Source of the DNA: a virus
DNA: 64,000 nt
IMG/VR virus record: IMGVR_UViG_3300017917_002116
Location: 1-64,000 of that record
Reading direction: 5' to 3' (one strand)
A program made the translations under genes and the position numbers. The notes under the pieces are model-generated. The model was not told where the DNA came from. It made no database searches and was given only the letters and a program-made list of their open reading frames with translations. How positions within the stretch are numbered: position 1 is the stretch's first letter; each line of letters opens with the position of its first letter. This document shows positions 20,274 to 30,244 of this stretch, piece by piece.

Positions 20274-20687
20274 GTGACTAGTATTGTGGACTTGGAACAG
20301 GCGGTAAGCCATCTTGAAATTATCAGCAAACAACTACATACTCAGGCTCTGGAATTTTACCCAGGGGAAGAATTTGCCACGTTAGACCGAGAAAACGTTG
20401 AAGTTCTCGAGGCAATCAGTGATATCAAACGATCATTAGATTTGATAAGGATAAACAACGGGCTAACCGATTTAGAGCACCAGAAACACAGGTTAGAAAC
20501 TAGGCAACAACAATTAGAGGATTTCTTTATGGAGACCTCAGATGATTTTCTCAACAACAGCCTAATGAGTCTGCACTCAGATATTATGCAGACAAAAAAA
20601 GAATTGCATATCAAAAGGCATCAAGAAGTAAATATAGTTTTGAACGAAACAACAAATAAACTTCTTGAACGATACCAATTGATATGA
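20274..20687 (+). CDS. hypothetical coiled-coil protein
   Basis: 137-aa ORF (GTG) coupled to both neighbours. Confidence 0.65.
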   Translation: MTSIVDLEQAVSHLEIISKQLHTQALEFYPGEEFATLDRENVEVLEAISDIKRSLDLIRINNGLTDLEHQKHRLETRQQQLEDFFMETSDDFLNNSLMSLHSDIMQTKKELHIKRHQEVNIVLNETTNKLLERYQLI

Positions 20688-21460
20688 GTTATACCACAGA
20701 AAAAGTTTTATCAGTTACGCACTGGAACGAGCGTCTTTTTAGCTTTACCTGCACTAGACCGCAGAGTTTTAGGTTTGTCAGTGGCATGTTTGTCATGATC
20801 GGTCTAATGGTAGACGGCAAACCTTTGCTACGTGCTTATAGCGTTGCGAGTCCTAGCTGGGACGAAACTCTGGAATTTTATAGCATCCATGTTGAAAATG
20901 GACCGCTGACCAGCCGACTAAACAAAATACAAGTGGGCGATGAGGTGCTGTTGGGCACCAAGCCCGTGGGCACCTTGTTAATGAACAACCTACTACCAGG
21001 AAAGAATTTATGGTGTCTGGCAACCGGCACTGGACTGGCACCATTTATGAGTGTTATGCGCGATCCAGAAATTCTGGAGGCCTATGACAAAATTATAGTA
21101 ACACACACCAATCGATATCACTCGGAATTTGCCTATCAGGATTATATTAAAAACGAGTTGCCAAATCATGAATATCTAGGCGAACTTATACGCGACAAAC
21201 TAGTCTACATCCCCACAGTTACTAGGGAATCACAACCAAAATTTGTCAGCGGCCGCATAACAGATCTGCTAAAACAGCCCGACTTCTATAGACTATATGG
21301 ACTGGAACAAATTAACATACACAAAGATCGTGTAATGATCTGTGGTAACCCTGATATGGTACACGAACTAGCAGATTGGTTCGAAGAGAAAAGCTGGAAG
21401 ATGGGCAGCGCCAGCAGTCCAGGGCACTTTGTCATTGAAAACGCTTTTGTTGACAGATGA
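20684..21460 (+). CDS. fpr: ferredoxin (flavodoxin)-NADP+ reductase, bacterial subclass I
   Basis: RAYSVAS FAD motif, GPLTSRL, ATGTGLAPF, MICGNP, C-terminal AFVDR. Confidence 0.95.
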   Translation: MSYTTEKVLSVTHWNERLFSFTCTRPQSFRFVSGMFVMIGLMVDGKPLLRAYSVASPSWDETLEFYSIHVENGPLTSRLNKIQVGDEVLLGTKPVGTLLMNNLLPGKNLWCLATGTGLAPFMSVMRDPEILEAYDKIIVTHTNRYHSEFAYQDYIKNELPNHEYLGELIRDKLVYIPTVTRESQPKFVSGRITDLLKQPDFYRLYGLEQINIHKDRVMICGNPDMVHELADWFEEKSWKMGSASSPGHFVIENAFVDR

Positions 21461-22287
21461 GGACAGGCTGGCACATGAAAAAAATACTCGGCTTATGGAC
21501 CAACCTAGGTGAAAACTTTAGACGCATATATGTGCCGGCGCACATACTTGCCTTTATTGCTATCGCAACGTTGTTCACTGGCCAGACCTCATTAACATGG
21601 CTACTGCTCATTTACCCAGCATGGTTTATTCTTGGTCACATTGGTTTTGGTATTTTTATTCACAAGTATTGGTGCCACAAAAGTTTTAAACCAAAGCAAT
21701 GGGTGGCTAGACTAGGAGCATTTCTGGGTCTGTTTGCCGGTACGGGGAGTCCTGTAATGGTCAAAGCCATACATATAGGAGAACATCATCCGCACACTGA
21801 CACCCAAGATGACCCACATACGCCACTAAAAGGTTTTTGGTGGAGCTATTTCATGTGGTTGAATCATAGGTGGGATTTAAAAAAGATATGGATCGTCAAA
21901 GATCTAATGAAAGACCCGTTTATAAAATTCTACCACGTACACTACTATAAAATTTATTGGGGTATGTGGTTCTTATTAGCCTTGATTGATTGGAGATTGG
22001 CGGTATTTACAATAAGTTTTACCACCGTTATAGAATTCCACCTGTCAGGTATCGTTAATAGCTTCGGTCATATTGCACACAAAGGAAGCTATCAAAACTA
22101 TCCAGACTGTGGCGACAACAGCCAAAACATTCCATGGGTTAGTTGGCTAACATTGGGTCTGGGATTACACAACAATCATCACGGAGAACCATGGAATTAT
22201 AATTATGCAAGAAAGCCAGGAGAATTTGATTTTGCTGGCTGGTTCGTACCGCTAATTTCTATAGATAAAGAGAAAAAGAATGGATAA
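21457..22287 (+). CDS. membrane fatty-acid desaturase (delta-9 / DesC-OLE1-like)
   Basis: His boxes HKYWCH, HIGEHH, HNNHH; DTQDDPHTP, GFWWS, VNSFGH; hydrophobic TM segments; alternative start ATG 21475. Confidence 0.9.
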   Translation: MRTGWHMKKILGLWTNLGENFRRIYVPAHILAFIAIATLFTGQTSLTWLLLIYPAWFILGHIGFGIFIHKYWCHKSFKPKQWVARLGAFLGLFAGTGSPVMVKAIHIGEHHPHTDTQDDPHTPLKGFWWSYFMWLNHRWDLKKIWIVKDLMKDPFIKFYHVHYYKIYWGMWFLLALIDWRLAVFTISFTTVIEFHLSGIVNSFGHIAHKGSYQNYPDCGDNSQNIPWVSWLTLGLGLHNNHHGEPWNYNYARKPGEFDFAGWFVPLISIDKEKKNG

Positions 22288-22516
22288 CTTAAATCAAAAG
22301 GTCATTGACCTAGTAGCAGAGCACTTTAACGTTAAACCTAGTATTATTAATAACGATACTAAATTTATCTCCGACTTGAACGGTGATAGTCTAGATGTCG
22401 TAGAACTTATACTTTTAGTCGAGGACAAGTTTAATGTTATTATTGACGAAGACATAGCAGAAACTATGATCACTGTTGGCTCGTTGATTGATTTCTTAGA
22501 GAAATCTACAGCATAA
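22280..22516 (+). CDS. acpP: acyl carrier protein
   Basis: DLNGDSLDVVELIL phosphopantetheine site; acidic, 78 aa; ITVG..IDF. Confidence 0.92.
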   Translation: MDNLNQKVIDLVAEHFNVKPSIINNDTKFISDLNGDSLDVVELILLVEDKFNVIIDEDIAETMITVGSLIDFLEKSTA

Positions 22517-23261
22517 ATTTTTCAGCCAGTCGCCTTGGGTCATCATTAATGCCCGATAGGTTAACGTTAATGGTCAGCCTGTCTAGTGGCCCGTGATTCC
22601 ATATGCTATGGAATTTTCCAGTATCAATAAAATACCAATGACCATCAGCAGGAATTTGGAAACGAGTTCCTGCTATTTCATACCAAGCATTATCTCCGCC
22701 AAATAGTGTGGCATGTAGCCGTATTCCTCGATAATAAGGGAAATCAACATGGCTGCTTAAATAGCCTTTATTTTTTAATTCCAACAAGCTGGCCTTGGTT
22801 ATGTTTGACTTAAATTTTGAAAATACGGTTTGAAAATAACTTGTATAAATTTCTGTTGGTTCGACAAAGTCGTTTTCGATTAGTTCAGGAAGTTTTTTGT
22901 TCATGTATAAATCTTCTGGGAACACTTCGCCTAATTCAGCGTCCCTTCTGACAAAATGATCTTCCAGTGGCGCTGCTGAATTATTTCTAGACAAAAATCC
23001 CAGGCCTTTATATCTATCGTATTTTTTACCTGAACTATTTCTATTAATACTCTTGGTACTATGTTTTTCTAGTAGAGTCCGGACTTCTTCTCGCATCTTT
23101 ATCAAGTCAAAACTATAATAAGATGGTAGCCTAAAAAATACATAATCTAATTCTTTTTGATCCTTGTACCATTCGTCTAAGGACTTGCTATACTTCACAG
23201 TATCAATACTATCCCCCCAGGGTTCATTAATATTGATTTTCATATTTTTTAATATGCTCAA
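22506..23261 (-). CDS. 2OG-Fe(II) oxygenase, Asp/Asn beta-hydroxylase-like
   Basis: HVD...RLH...IPADG..YFIDTG.FHSIWNHG..DR cupin/HxD..H pattern; true start may be ATG 23243. Confidence 0.75.
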   Translation of the reverse strand: MSILKNMKININEPWGDSIDTVKYSKSLDEWYKDQKELDYVFFRLPSYYSFDLIKMREEVRTLLEKHSTKSINRNSSGKKYDRYKGLGFLSRNNSAAPLEDHFVRRDAELGEVFPEDLYMNKKLPELIENDFVEPTEIYTSYFQTVFSKFKSNITKASLLELKNKGYLSSHVDFPYYRGIRLHATLFGGDNAWYEIAGTRFQIPADGHWYFIDTGKFHSIWNHGPLDRLTINVNLSGINDDPRRLAEKFML

Positions 23262-24114
23262 AGAAAGGCGCCAGTTTGAAGTCAGGTGTTAGTCTGCCTC
23301 GTCTATTGTTGCCTGGATCGGGCAGATCTGAACCCGCAGGGCTCCAGTCTGTAATTTTGACCCAGGATGTAGTATACTTTTTATCTGCTTCAACGGGAAA
23401 AAATATTACATTCTTTTCATCATAGCCATTGATCTTATTCTGATTCTGCGCCCAAGAGGCATCAACTCCCAATTGATCACAGACTAGGCTAACCATTTCG
23501 TCCCAGGTCCAATTTTCGTGTTTCTCAAGGCTATATCTTCCTACTTGTCCTACGTTGCGGAATCTTAAAATAGCCTTATTATTAAACCCATTTACCAATT
23601 CTAATAGGCGTTTTGGTACGTTGTTGTTGACACCTTTTTGCAGTATGGCGCCCACGTTAACATTCATCTTTACTGCTAGACATTCTTCCAGGGCTTTTAC
23701 TTTGCGTTCGGCCCAGGCGCCGCCACCATCCATAACTTTGTAGATTTCATTGTCATCTGCACCGTTCATGCTTAGGTAGATACTACGCATGCCGGCGTCT
23801 GCTAATTCTCTCGCATAACCTGGTCTCGCAACCATGAGTCCATTGGTCATCATTGTTGGTCGGTGGCCACGTATTTTGATGTTGTGTACAATGTCCACCA
23901 AATCGATTCGAACGGTTGGTTCTCCACCAATCAATCTGATTTCTGCTTTGTTGGGAATTTGATCCAAAACTTCATAAAATCGAGCCACATCCAGATCCGG
24001 ACCGATTCTATTAGGTGTATAACAATTGGCACATTCCATGTTGCATTTGTGCGTTACGTCCACAAATATACTATAGAAATGGTTGTCTTTTGGTTCAAGT
24101 TCGTAGTAGTTCAT
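23227..24114 (-). CDS. radical SAM enzyme (MoaA-like core)
   Basis: CNMECANC CxxxCxxC motif, GGEPT, TNG, LADAG...YLS; no C-terminal Cys-rich twitch/SPASM cluster. Confidence 0.9.
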   Translation of the reverse strand: MNYYELEPKDNHFYSIFVDVTHKCNMECANCYTPNRIGPDLDVARFYEVLDQIPNKAEIRLIGGEPTVRIDLVDIVHNIKIRGHRPTMMTNGLMVARPGYARELADAGMRSIYLSMNGADDNEIYKVMDGGGAWAERKVKALEECLAVKMNVNVGAILQKGVNNNVPKRLLELVNGFNNKAILRFRNVGQVGRYSLEKHENWTWDEMVSLVCDQLGVDASWAQNQNKINGYDEKNVIFFPVEADKKYTTSWVKITDWSPAGSDLPDPGNNRRGRLTPDFKLAPFFEHIKKYENQY

Positions 24115-24144
24115 ATCATTACTTATTTTAAAGAATTGTTTATC

Positions 24145-24173
24145 TTGACAAATATTTCTGATTATGCTACACT
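24145..24173 (+). promoter_or_regulatory. sigma70-type early promoter
   Basis: TTGACA-17 nt-TACACT with extended TG, upstream of the ligase. Confidence 0.8.
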
Positions 24174-24204
24174 AGCGAAATAGCAACCAAACTCTGGAGT
24201 TCAC

Positions 24205-25518
24205 ATGGACAAACCCTGGCAAGTTATTAGCAGCCTAGAAGATCACAATCTCCGCACAAACAAAGAGCAAATTATCCTGGCGCAAGCAGAGGCTGGCAAT
24301 TCAGAATTTTTTGAAGGGTGCCGGCTGGCAATCGATCCCATGGTTACTTTTGGCATTAAACAAGTACCAGAACGCAAGGGTCCAGACGGTAAGGGACTAG
24401 ATTGGGATACTTTTAGTCTAGTCATTACCGGCTTTGTGACGCGAAATGTAACGGGTAATACTGCACGTGACATGATCAATGACATGATGTCTAATGCCAC
24501 AAATAAACAGTGGAACGATTGGTATCGTCGTATTCTTATTAAAGATCTGCGTTGCGGTGTCAGCGAAAAAACAATCAACAAGGTAGTTGAAAAGAAATAT
24601 TCGCAGTACGCCATTCCCCTATTTGGGTGCCAGCTGGCACACGACTCAACTAACCATGAGGAGAAGGTATGTGGCAGAAAACTAATCGAAGTCAAACTGG
24701 ATGGGGTGCGGGTTTTGACCATCGTCTATCCCGAGGGTCGAGTGGATCAGTTCAGTCGCAACGGCAAGGAATTGCTGAACTTTGGTCACATCAAGGAGCA
24801 GTTCGCAAAAATATCAGCTGGTTTGACGGAGCCCATGGTCTTCGACGGCGAGGTGATGTCAAGTAGTTTCCAGGACTTGATGAAACAGGTGCATCGCAAG
24901 GAAAACGTAGCGGCTGGTGATGCTGTATTGCACCTGTTTGATCTACTGCCACTGGCAAATTTTGAACAGGGTTTTTGGAAACTGTCACAGCGTGAACGCA
25001 GTGACATGTTGATCAATTGGTATGACACCAATCATGATCTATTGCCTAATGTTCGTGTTCTAGAACATGAAGATGTTGATCTAGACACAGATGCGGGCAG
25101 GAAAATTTTTAAAGAAATCAATCAGAGGGCTATTGACGGTGGCTATGAAGGCATCATGATCAAGGACCCAGGAGCATCATATGAGTGCAAGAGAACTGTA
25201 TCATGGCTCAAACTCAAACCGTTTATTGAGGTTTCGCTTGAAGTTACAAAACTTGAAGAGGGCACTGGAAGAAACGTCGGAAGACTTGGGGCGTTTGTTT
25301 GCGAAGGTGTCGATGACGGCCGTAAGATTTCAGTTAACGTTGGTAGCGGTTTTAGTGATTCTGATCGCGCTGAGTTTTGGCATTCAGCTGATCAAGTACG
25401 CGGCCAAATCGTGGAAGTGCGAGCAGATGCAATCACACAAAACCAAGACGGAAGCTATAGCCTGCGGTTTCCCAGGTTCCTCAGATTCCGTGGTTTTAAA
25501 GTAGGAGAAAAGCTGTGA
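24205..25518 (+). CDS. lig: ATP-dependent DNA ligase
   Basis: motif I EVKLDGVR, FDGE, EGIMIK, WLKLKP, OB-fold VGSGFSD, SLRFPRF..FR. Confidence 0.95.
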   Translation: MDKPWQVISSLEDHNLRTNKEQIILAQAEAGNSEFFEGCRLAIDPMVTFGIKQVPERKGPDGKGLDWDTFSLVITGFVTRNVTGNTARDMINDMMSNATNKQWNDWYRRILIKDLRCGVSEKTINKVVEKKYSQYAIPLFGCQLAHDSTNHEEKVCGRKLIEVKLDGVRVLTIVYPEGRVDQFSRNGKELLNFGHIKEQFAKISAGLTEPMVFDGEVMSSSFQDLMKQVHRKENVAAGDAVLHLFDLLPLANFEQGFWKLSQRERSDMLINWYDTNHDLLPNVRVLEHEDVDLDTDAGRKIFKEINQRAIDGGYEGIMIKDPGASYECKRTVSWLKLKPFIEVSLEVTKLEEGTGRNVGRLGAFVCEGVDDGRKISVNVGSGFSDSDRAEFWHSADQVRGQIVEVRADAITQNQDGSYSLRFPRFLRFRGFKVGEKL

Positions 25519-25778
25519 GTTTTATTCAATATTTGTGGCAACGATCGGAATACTACACAAAGTTTTCCATGATCTATTTTATCTGTATTGCTGTACTGAC
25601 TACCATATCATTTACATACGAGTCTAAAAATTTATATTTGTTCACACAGGCCATGATATGGTTTTATGTAGCGTACATGTTTGGCTATGAGATCGCCTAC
25701 AAGTCTCTCAGGGAAAAATATGAAAGATTCCAAAAGGAACAAAACGAACTTTTTGACAATATCAAGGATCCAAAATGA
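25515..25778 (+). CDS. hypothetical membrane protein
   Basis: two hydrophobic segments; GTGA overlap with the ligase stop. Confidence 0.65.
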   Translation: MSFIQYLWQRSEYYTKFSMIYFICIAVLTTISFTYESKNLYLFTQAMIWFYVAYMFGYEIAYKSLREKYERFQKEQNELFDNIKDPK

Positions 25779-26020
25779 ACAACACAGTGGATAAGAGTTT
25801 TGAGCTGGAACAACAATTTCTAGATTGCTGGACTATTACCAGTAACATTGACACTCTACTAGAAGGTGTGTTAGAATATGACATGACGCCCGATCAGATT
25901 GCTAATGCTCTGCTAGGCATCAAGGAACTATACGAAATTAAATTTGACAAAGCATTCCGTACATTTGAAAGTGTACATGGTGATCTTTGTCGCTTAACTA
26001 AGGAACATAATAATGCGTGA
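25775..26020 (+). CDS. hypothetical protein
   Basis: 81-aa ORF with ATGA coupling. Confidence 0.7.
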   Translation: MNNTVDKSFELEQQFLDCWTITSNIDTLLEGVLEYDMTPDQIANALLGIKELYEIKFDKAFRTFESVHGDLCRLTKEHNNA

Positions 26021-26450
26021 AGAACTGGACAAGCAACTTTGCGAAAAATACCCAAAGATTTTTGTTAACCGTTACAAGCCCATGACAGAAACAGCAATGT
26101 GCTGGGGATTCGACCACGGCGATGGATGGTATCAGATCATTGATAGTCTTTGCGGTCAGATTCAACATCACATTGATTGGAAGAATCGTGACGGAGAAAA
26201 AGTAGCACAAGTTGTAGCAGATCAAATCAAAGAAAAGTTTGGCGGACTACGTTTTTATTATCACGGTGGTGATGACTATATCAGTGGTTTGGTTAGCATG
26301 GCTGAATCTTGGGCGGCTAATACTTGTGAAACATGTGGTGCTACCGGACGAATGAGAACTGGTGGCTGGATAAGGACTCTTTGTGATAAGCATGCTGAAG
26401 AAATGGGCTACGCCCTTGATGACGACACTGAGGAATCAGTGGAGGCTTAA
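26013..26450 (+). CDS. conserved phage protein with QIKEKFGGLRFY motif and putative Zn ligands
   Basis: GDGW...QIKEKFGGLRFY...CETCG...TLCDKH. Confidence 0.75.
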   Translation: MREELDKQLCEKYPKIFVNRYKPMTETAMCWGFDHGDGWYQIIDSLCGQIQHHIDWKNRDGEKVAQVVADQIKEKFGGLRFYYHGGDDYISGLVSMAESWAANTCETCGATGRMRTGGWIRTLCDKHAEEMGYALDDDTEESVEA

Positions 26451-26454
26451 ATTT

Positions 26455-26688
26455 ATGAACAGGCATGATCTTGGTGTTGTATTGGCAGCACAACTAATAG
26501 AATGTGTTAATCAAAGAAAGTACAGCCACAATAGCAATATTGATCATAAGTACAGCCATCTTACTGATGACGGCAAGGCCTTGATGTCTGATCTTATAGA
26601 AGCCATGGTGCCAGTGGCCTGTGCTATCAGTAATAGAGAAATCAAGGAAAAGGCCAGTGATCTCATGGTGGATAGTCTTAAAAAATGA
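26455..26688 (+). CDS. hypothetical protein
   Basis: ATG at 26455 after GGAGG SD; coupled to next ORF. Confidence 0.6.
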   Translation: MNRHDLGVVLAAQLIECVNQRKYSHNSNIDHKYSHLTDDGKALMSDLIEAMVPVACAISNREIKEKASDLMVDSLKK

Positions 26689-26912
26689 AAATTACTGCAC
26701 ACAAATCCAATATTAAAACTATTAGGCAGAGTGATCCTGATTTCATTCTCAACGACGGGCCCGTGATTGCGCCCAGAGCAGGATTTGAATTTAGTAAGCA
26801 TTGTCCTACAGAATACAAACTTGTTGTTTCAGAATGTATTAATCGAGGATGGTTAAAACCTGTAGCGCATATTACCCAACAAGAATATTTCATGGAGAAA
26901 TTATCAAAATGA
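26685..26912 (+). CDS. hypothetical protein
   Basis: 75-aa ORF with ATGA overlaps at both ends. Confidence 0.65.
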   Translation: MKITAHKSNIKTIRQSDPDFILNDGPVIAPRAGFEFSKHCPTEYKLVVSECINRGWLKPVAHITQQEYFMEKLSK

Positions 26913-27277
26913 CCAATCCATTTAAAGATCAAGAACGTTTCATGCTAGCCTGCGATCAAACTGTCGGCGAACATGATTACAAACAATATGAATTGTACTA
27001 TGGTCTAATCAAAGAAGAAGTGGCAGAACTATTGGCCGCGCATCAAAAAGGAGATCCAGTAGAACAACTAGATGCATTAATTGACATTCTGGTTGTCACT
27101 GTAGGTGCTATACATAGTATGGGCGCAGACGGCGAGGGAGCATGGAATGAAGTTATGCGTACTAACTTTGCTAAGATTGATGCTGATACTGGCAAGGTTC
27201 GTAAACGTGCAGACGGTAAAGTTCTAAAGCCTGAAGGCTGGCAACCGCCTAATTTAAAACCTTATCTTAAAGATTAA
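26909..27277 (+). CDS. MazG-like / PRA-PH nucleotide pyrophosphohydrolase
   Basis: LIKEEVAEL...DALIDILVV..G...EVMRTN.AK...DGKVLKPEGWQPP. Confidence 0.85.
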   Translation: MTNPFKDQERFMLACDQTVGEHDYKQYELYYGLIKEEVAELLAAHQKGDPVEQLDALIDILVVTVGAIHSMGADGEGAWNEVMRTNFAKIDADTGKVRKRADGKVLKPEGWQPPNLKPYLKD

Positions 27278-28020
27278 TAGGGCCAGGGTCCCTTTCTAGT
27301 TGCCAGTTGTTGCTCACTAGATGTGTCTTCTACCTGTGTCTTTTGAGTATCATCTAGTCCTTTAGGTAGATATCCATAGTGATTGTAGTAGGCACGCATG
27401 AGTGCTGCCTTCTTGTCCGCAGGATAATTAGGATCTTTCTTTACCTGACCAATGGCTTTTCTAAATCCCTTGTCTACCACCTGACTCTCTGAGGGATTTT
27501 TGCCGTAGTCTAGGTATAGTATAACTGCCGCTTCTCTGGCTCTTCTATCTCTATCTCTTTCGTCGGCTGCAAGATAGTCAGCTATTCTATCCCATCTGCG
27601 CTTTTTAAGCCAGGGCAACATGCTAAGTTTTCTGCCTTCATACCAAATATAACTGGCATCGCCCACTTGGTTTTGAAAACTTACTAGCGCATCAAATACG
27701 GGAATGGGTACAGTATCTAAACCTGCAGAGCGTAGTAGGTCTTTTACCGCCTCTTCGTCTTTCTTAATTTGATCTCTAAACATCTTATCTGCAAGGGCGG
27801 GGCTTACGCCATTGGTTGCTACGTCCTCGTCTAATCCTTCTATCTTGTAGACATTAGAATATGCCACGTGATCATCATAATCAGGGGTATACTCGCTGGC
27901 GTCTTTCTGATATAACTTTTGATCGTACGCCGTAGCTTCAGTGTTAGTATCTTTGTCTTTAGTTTGATCAGCATACTGATCTAACAATTCTTTATTTTTG
28001 CTTGTGCGAATTATTGTCAT
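27274..28020 (-). CDS. lysozyme-fold (GH24-like) baseplate-associated protein, possibly degenerate
   Basis: NGVS...A..MF...I...E.AVK...FDALVSF..QVG...RR.REA resembles the C-lobe of phage lysozymes; follows the gp5-like gene. Confidence 0.55.
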   Translation of the reverse strand: MTIIRTSKNKELLDQYADQTKDKDTNTEATAYDQKLYQKDASEYTPDYDDHVAYSNVYKIEGLDEDVATNGVSPALADKMFRDQIKKDEEAVKDLLRSAGLDTVPIPVFDALVSFQNQVGDASYIWYEGRKLSMLPWLKKRRWDRIADYLAADERDRDRRAREAAVILYLDYGKNPSESQVVDKGFRKAIGQVKKDPNYPADKKAALMRAYYNHYGYLPKGLDDTQKTQVEDTSSEQQLATRKGPWPY

Positions 28021-28021
28021 G

Positions 28022-30244
28022 TTAGGTTACCCTCACATTTTTACGTATTACTTCCATCTGCTGTGCCACGGTTCTTGTGGTTTCAGTCTTATTACCACCA
28101 AACTGTCTCATGTCAGGATATGCCCATTGCGGGTTGCTCTTGTAGAAATCGCTAACTGTTTGATTAGGATTGGTTCTAGATGCTTCAACCAGTGCGGGAT
28201 ATGCCGCTTGACCATGCCACCATGTTCCACGTGCGTCTGCCATGTCATATCTATGGTTGGGATTACCCCATGCATTGGCAACTTTTTCTTGATTGGAGTT
28301 AACAAGATTTTTTGTTGATTGTCTAAACAAGGCCTCATCAGCCTTTTGTGCCTGCTCGCTTGTGTGTGATTTACCATCAGCAGATACAAGGTCATCCAAT
28401 TTTGGCGGTCTATTGGGGTAACCTATAGCGTCGCGTTCTGTTGGTGTCATTGAATTCCAGGCTTGCTCTCTTGCTCGATCGCTCATGCCATAATAACCGC
28501 CTATGGTAGACGCATTGTCCAATGACGTGCGTAGCATTCTACCGTTGCCGCTTTCTTTTTCTCTTGTTATTCTTTCAAATTCATTAGCATTAAATGCACC
28601 CACATTACTACCACTGTATGGATTTAGATCTACAGGTCTGTTTAATATTAGCGAATTAGTATTTGATACACTGCCTGCACCTGCATTGCCAGACGGAGCT
28701 GTTGTTGGTGCTGTTGCGCCGCCAACAGGATTGCCCATGGCATCAACTGCGGGTTGTTCTGTACCATAGCCAACTGTGCCTTCATTGTTTGGCACAGGAT
28801 TGTATGATTGTTTCATGGTCTGAACCATTTCTTCTGTCATACGTGCTTCTTCGATCTTAAATTCTTCTTCGCTAATTTCACCTCTCTTGTAACGCTTGAG
28901 GTTTTCCTGCATGCGCTTGCGCCACTTCATGTACCATTCATATTTTTCTTTACTTGTTGGTCTATTTGCACCGCAGCTTGGTGGATAACTTTCGTCTTCT
29001 TCCTCTTCGGGTTTTTTCTCCTTGTCAGGATCCTTCTTCATGTCGGCAGCACTTTGTTTTTGTATTTTACCTGAATGTGCTCTCCACTTTTCATGCTCAG
29101 GTACCACAGTACAAATACTTTCAGTTACTTCATCATTATTAACCAACTGATTAATATAAATTTGATCTGTCAACTCTGCAGGAGGCCCGTTCATGTCAAT
29201 TCTACCAGCTTCTTCCACGTGGGATACTTCACTGTAGATATAACTTGACTCCATGCTTGTTATGGTGGTGTCTACGCCTGCATAGGTTGCTATATTGGTT
29301 CCGGCTTCTAGTGTGACATCATCTTCTTCTGCTTTAATGTTTACGCCTATACCAGCTTCTATGTTGACATACTCGTCTGCACGTAGGTTGATATTTTTTT
29401 CAGAATGTATGCTCACAGAGTTACTTGCGTATATGCACACTTGACCATCAACGTTCATTTCAAGCCAATTTTCTCCATCTCTACTGATCATGTAGATGTG
29501 GCCCTGCGTGTCATCTAACAACAACTGTGTTCCGTTACGTGTTCTAATTCTTATTTGCCTGTTATTGCCGTCTTTGTCTCCATCGTCAATATAAAACTGC
29601 TGTTGCTGAGGACTCAGTATACCCATGACCTTGCTAGGGCTTTCTCGTTCTACACTGGTGCTGGTCAATCCACGCAGGCCATCTTCATCTAAGCCCTGTT
29701 TTACCAAGGCATTATACAAAGGCTTGTGTAAGACGTATAATTGTAAATCTGGATTTCTATCCTTTTTGTTCTTAGGTGCTGCTGGTTTTGGTGCACCATC
29801 ATATGTGCGTTTTGCTGGAATTCCAGGTATACTAATCTGTGTTCCCCGCTGATACAAGCAGGCGAACCAATAACCTAATTCTATTCTACCACCCGCAAAC
29901 GCAACAAGAACTCTAGTGTCTATGTCTGGAGGCACGCCCCACCAACCGTAGCTTTTAATGGTGTCTTCGTATTCTGTGACATTTAACCCCTGATCAAATA
30001 AACTTGTGCTGCCTGCAAATGGGCTTGCATAGCTTACTGTAATCCAGTTTACTTTGTCTCTAGGATCTCCACCAAACTCGGGAATAAAAACTTCTAGTCT
30101 ACCAAAATAAAGAGGGTCATAGTTATCCTTGACTATGCCCACATGAACGCCAACCACGCTGCTTATGCCGCGTTTGTCTGTGGAATTTTTATTAAATTCT
30201 TGCGGTGTGTAATTTTGGCCAGAAGGGTTTACTATCTTACTCAT
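28022..30244 (-). CDS. baseplate hub/spike protein, T4 gp5/VgrG-like
   Basis: OB-fold GIVKDNYDP...GRLEVFIP, SYGWW.VPPD, beta-helix repeats, GRIDMNGP, VPEHE.W..H; extra C-terminal domain. Confidence 0.85.
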   Translation of the reverse strand: MSKIVNPSGQNYTPQEFNKNSTDKRGISSVVGVHVGIVKDNYDPLYFGRLEVFIPEFGGDPRDKVNWITVSYASPFAGSTSLFDQGLNVTEYEDTIKSYGWWGVPPDIDTRVLVAFAGGRIELGYWFACLYQRGTQISIPGIPAKRTYDGAPKPAAPKNKKDRNPDLQLYVLHKPLYNALVKQGLDEDGLRGLTSTSVERESPSKVMGILSPQQQQFYIDDGDKDGNNRQIRIRTRNGTQLLLDDTQGHIYMISRDGENWLEMNVDGQVCIYASNSVSIHSEKNINLRADEYVNIEAGIGVNIKAEEDDVTLEAGTNIATYAGVDTTITSMESSYIYSEVSHVEEAGRIDMNGPPAELTDQIYINQLVNNDEVTESICTVVPEHEKWRAHSGKIQKQSAADMKKDPDKEKKPEEEEDESYPPSCGANRPTSKEKYEWYMKWRKRMQENLKRYKRGEISEEEFKIEEARMTEEMVQTMKQSYNPVPNNEGTVGYGTEQPAVDAMGNPVGGATAPTTAPSGNAGAGSVSNTNSLILNRPVDLNPYSGSNVGAFNANEFERITREKESGNGRMLRTSLDNASTIGGYYGMSDRAREQAWNSMTPTERDAIGYPNRPPKLDDLVSADGKSHTSEQAQKADEALFRQSTKNLVNSNQEKVANAWGNPNHRYDMADARGTWWHGQAAYPALVEASRTNPNQTVSDFYKSNPQWAYPDMRQFGGNKTETTRTVAQQMEVIRKNVRVT

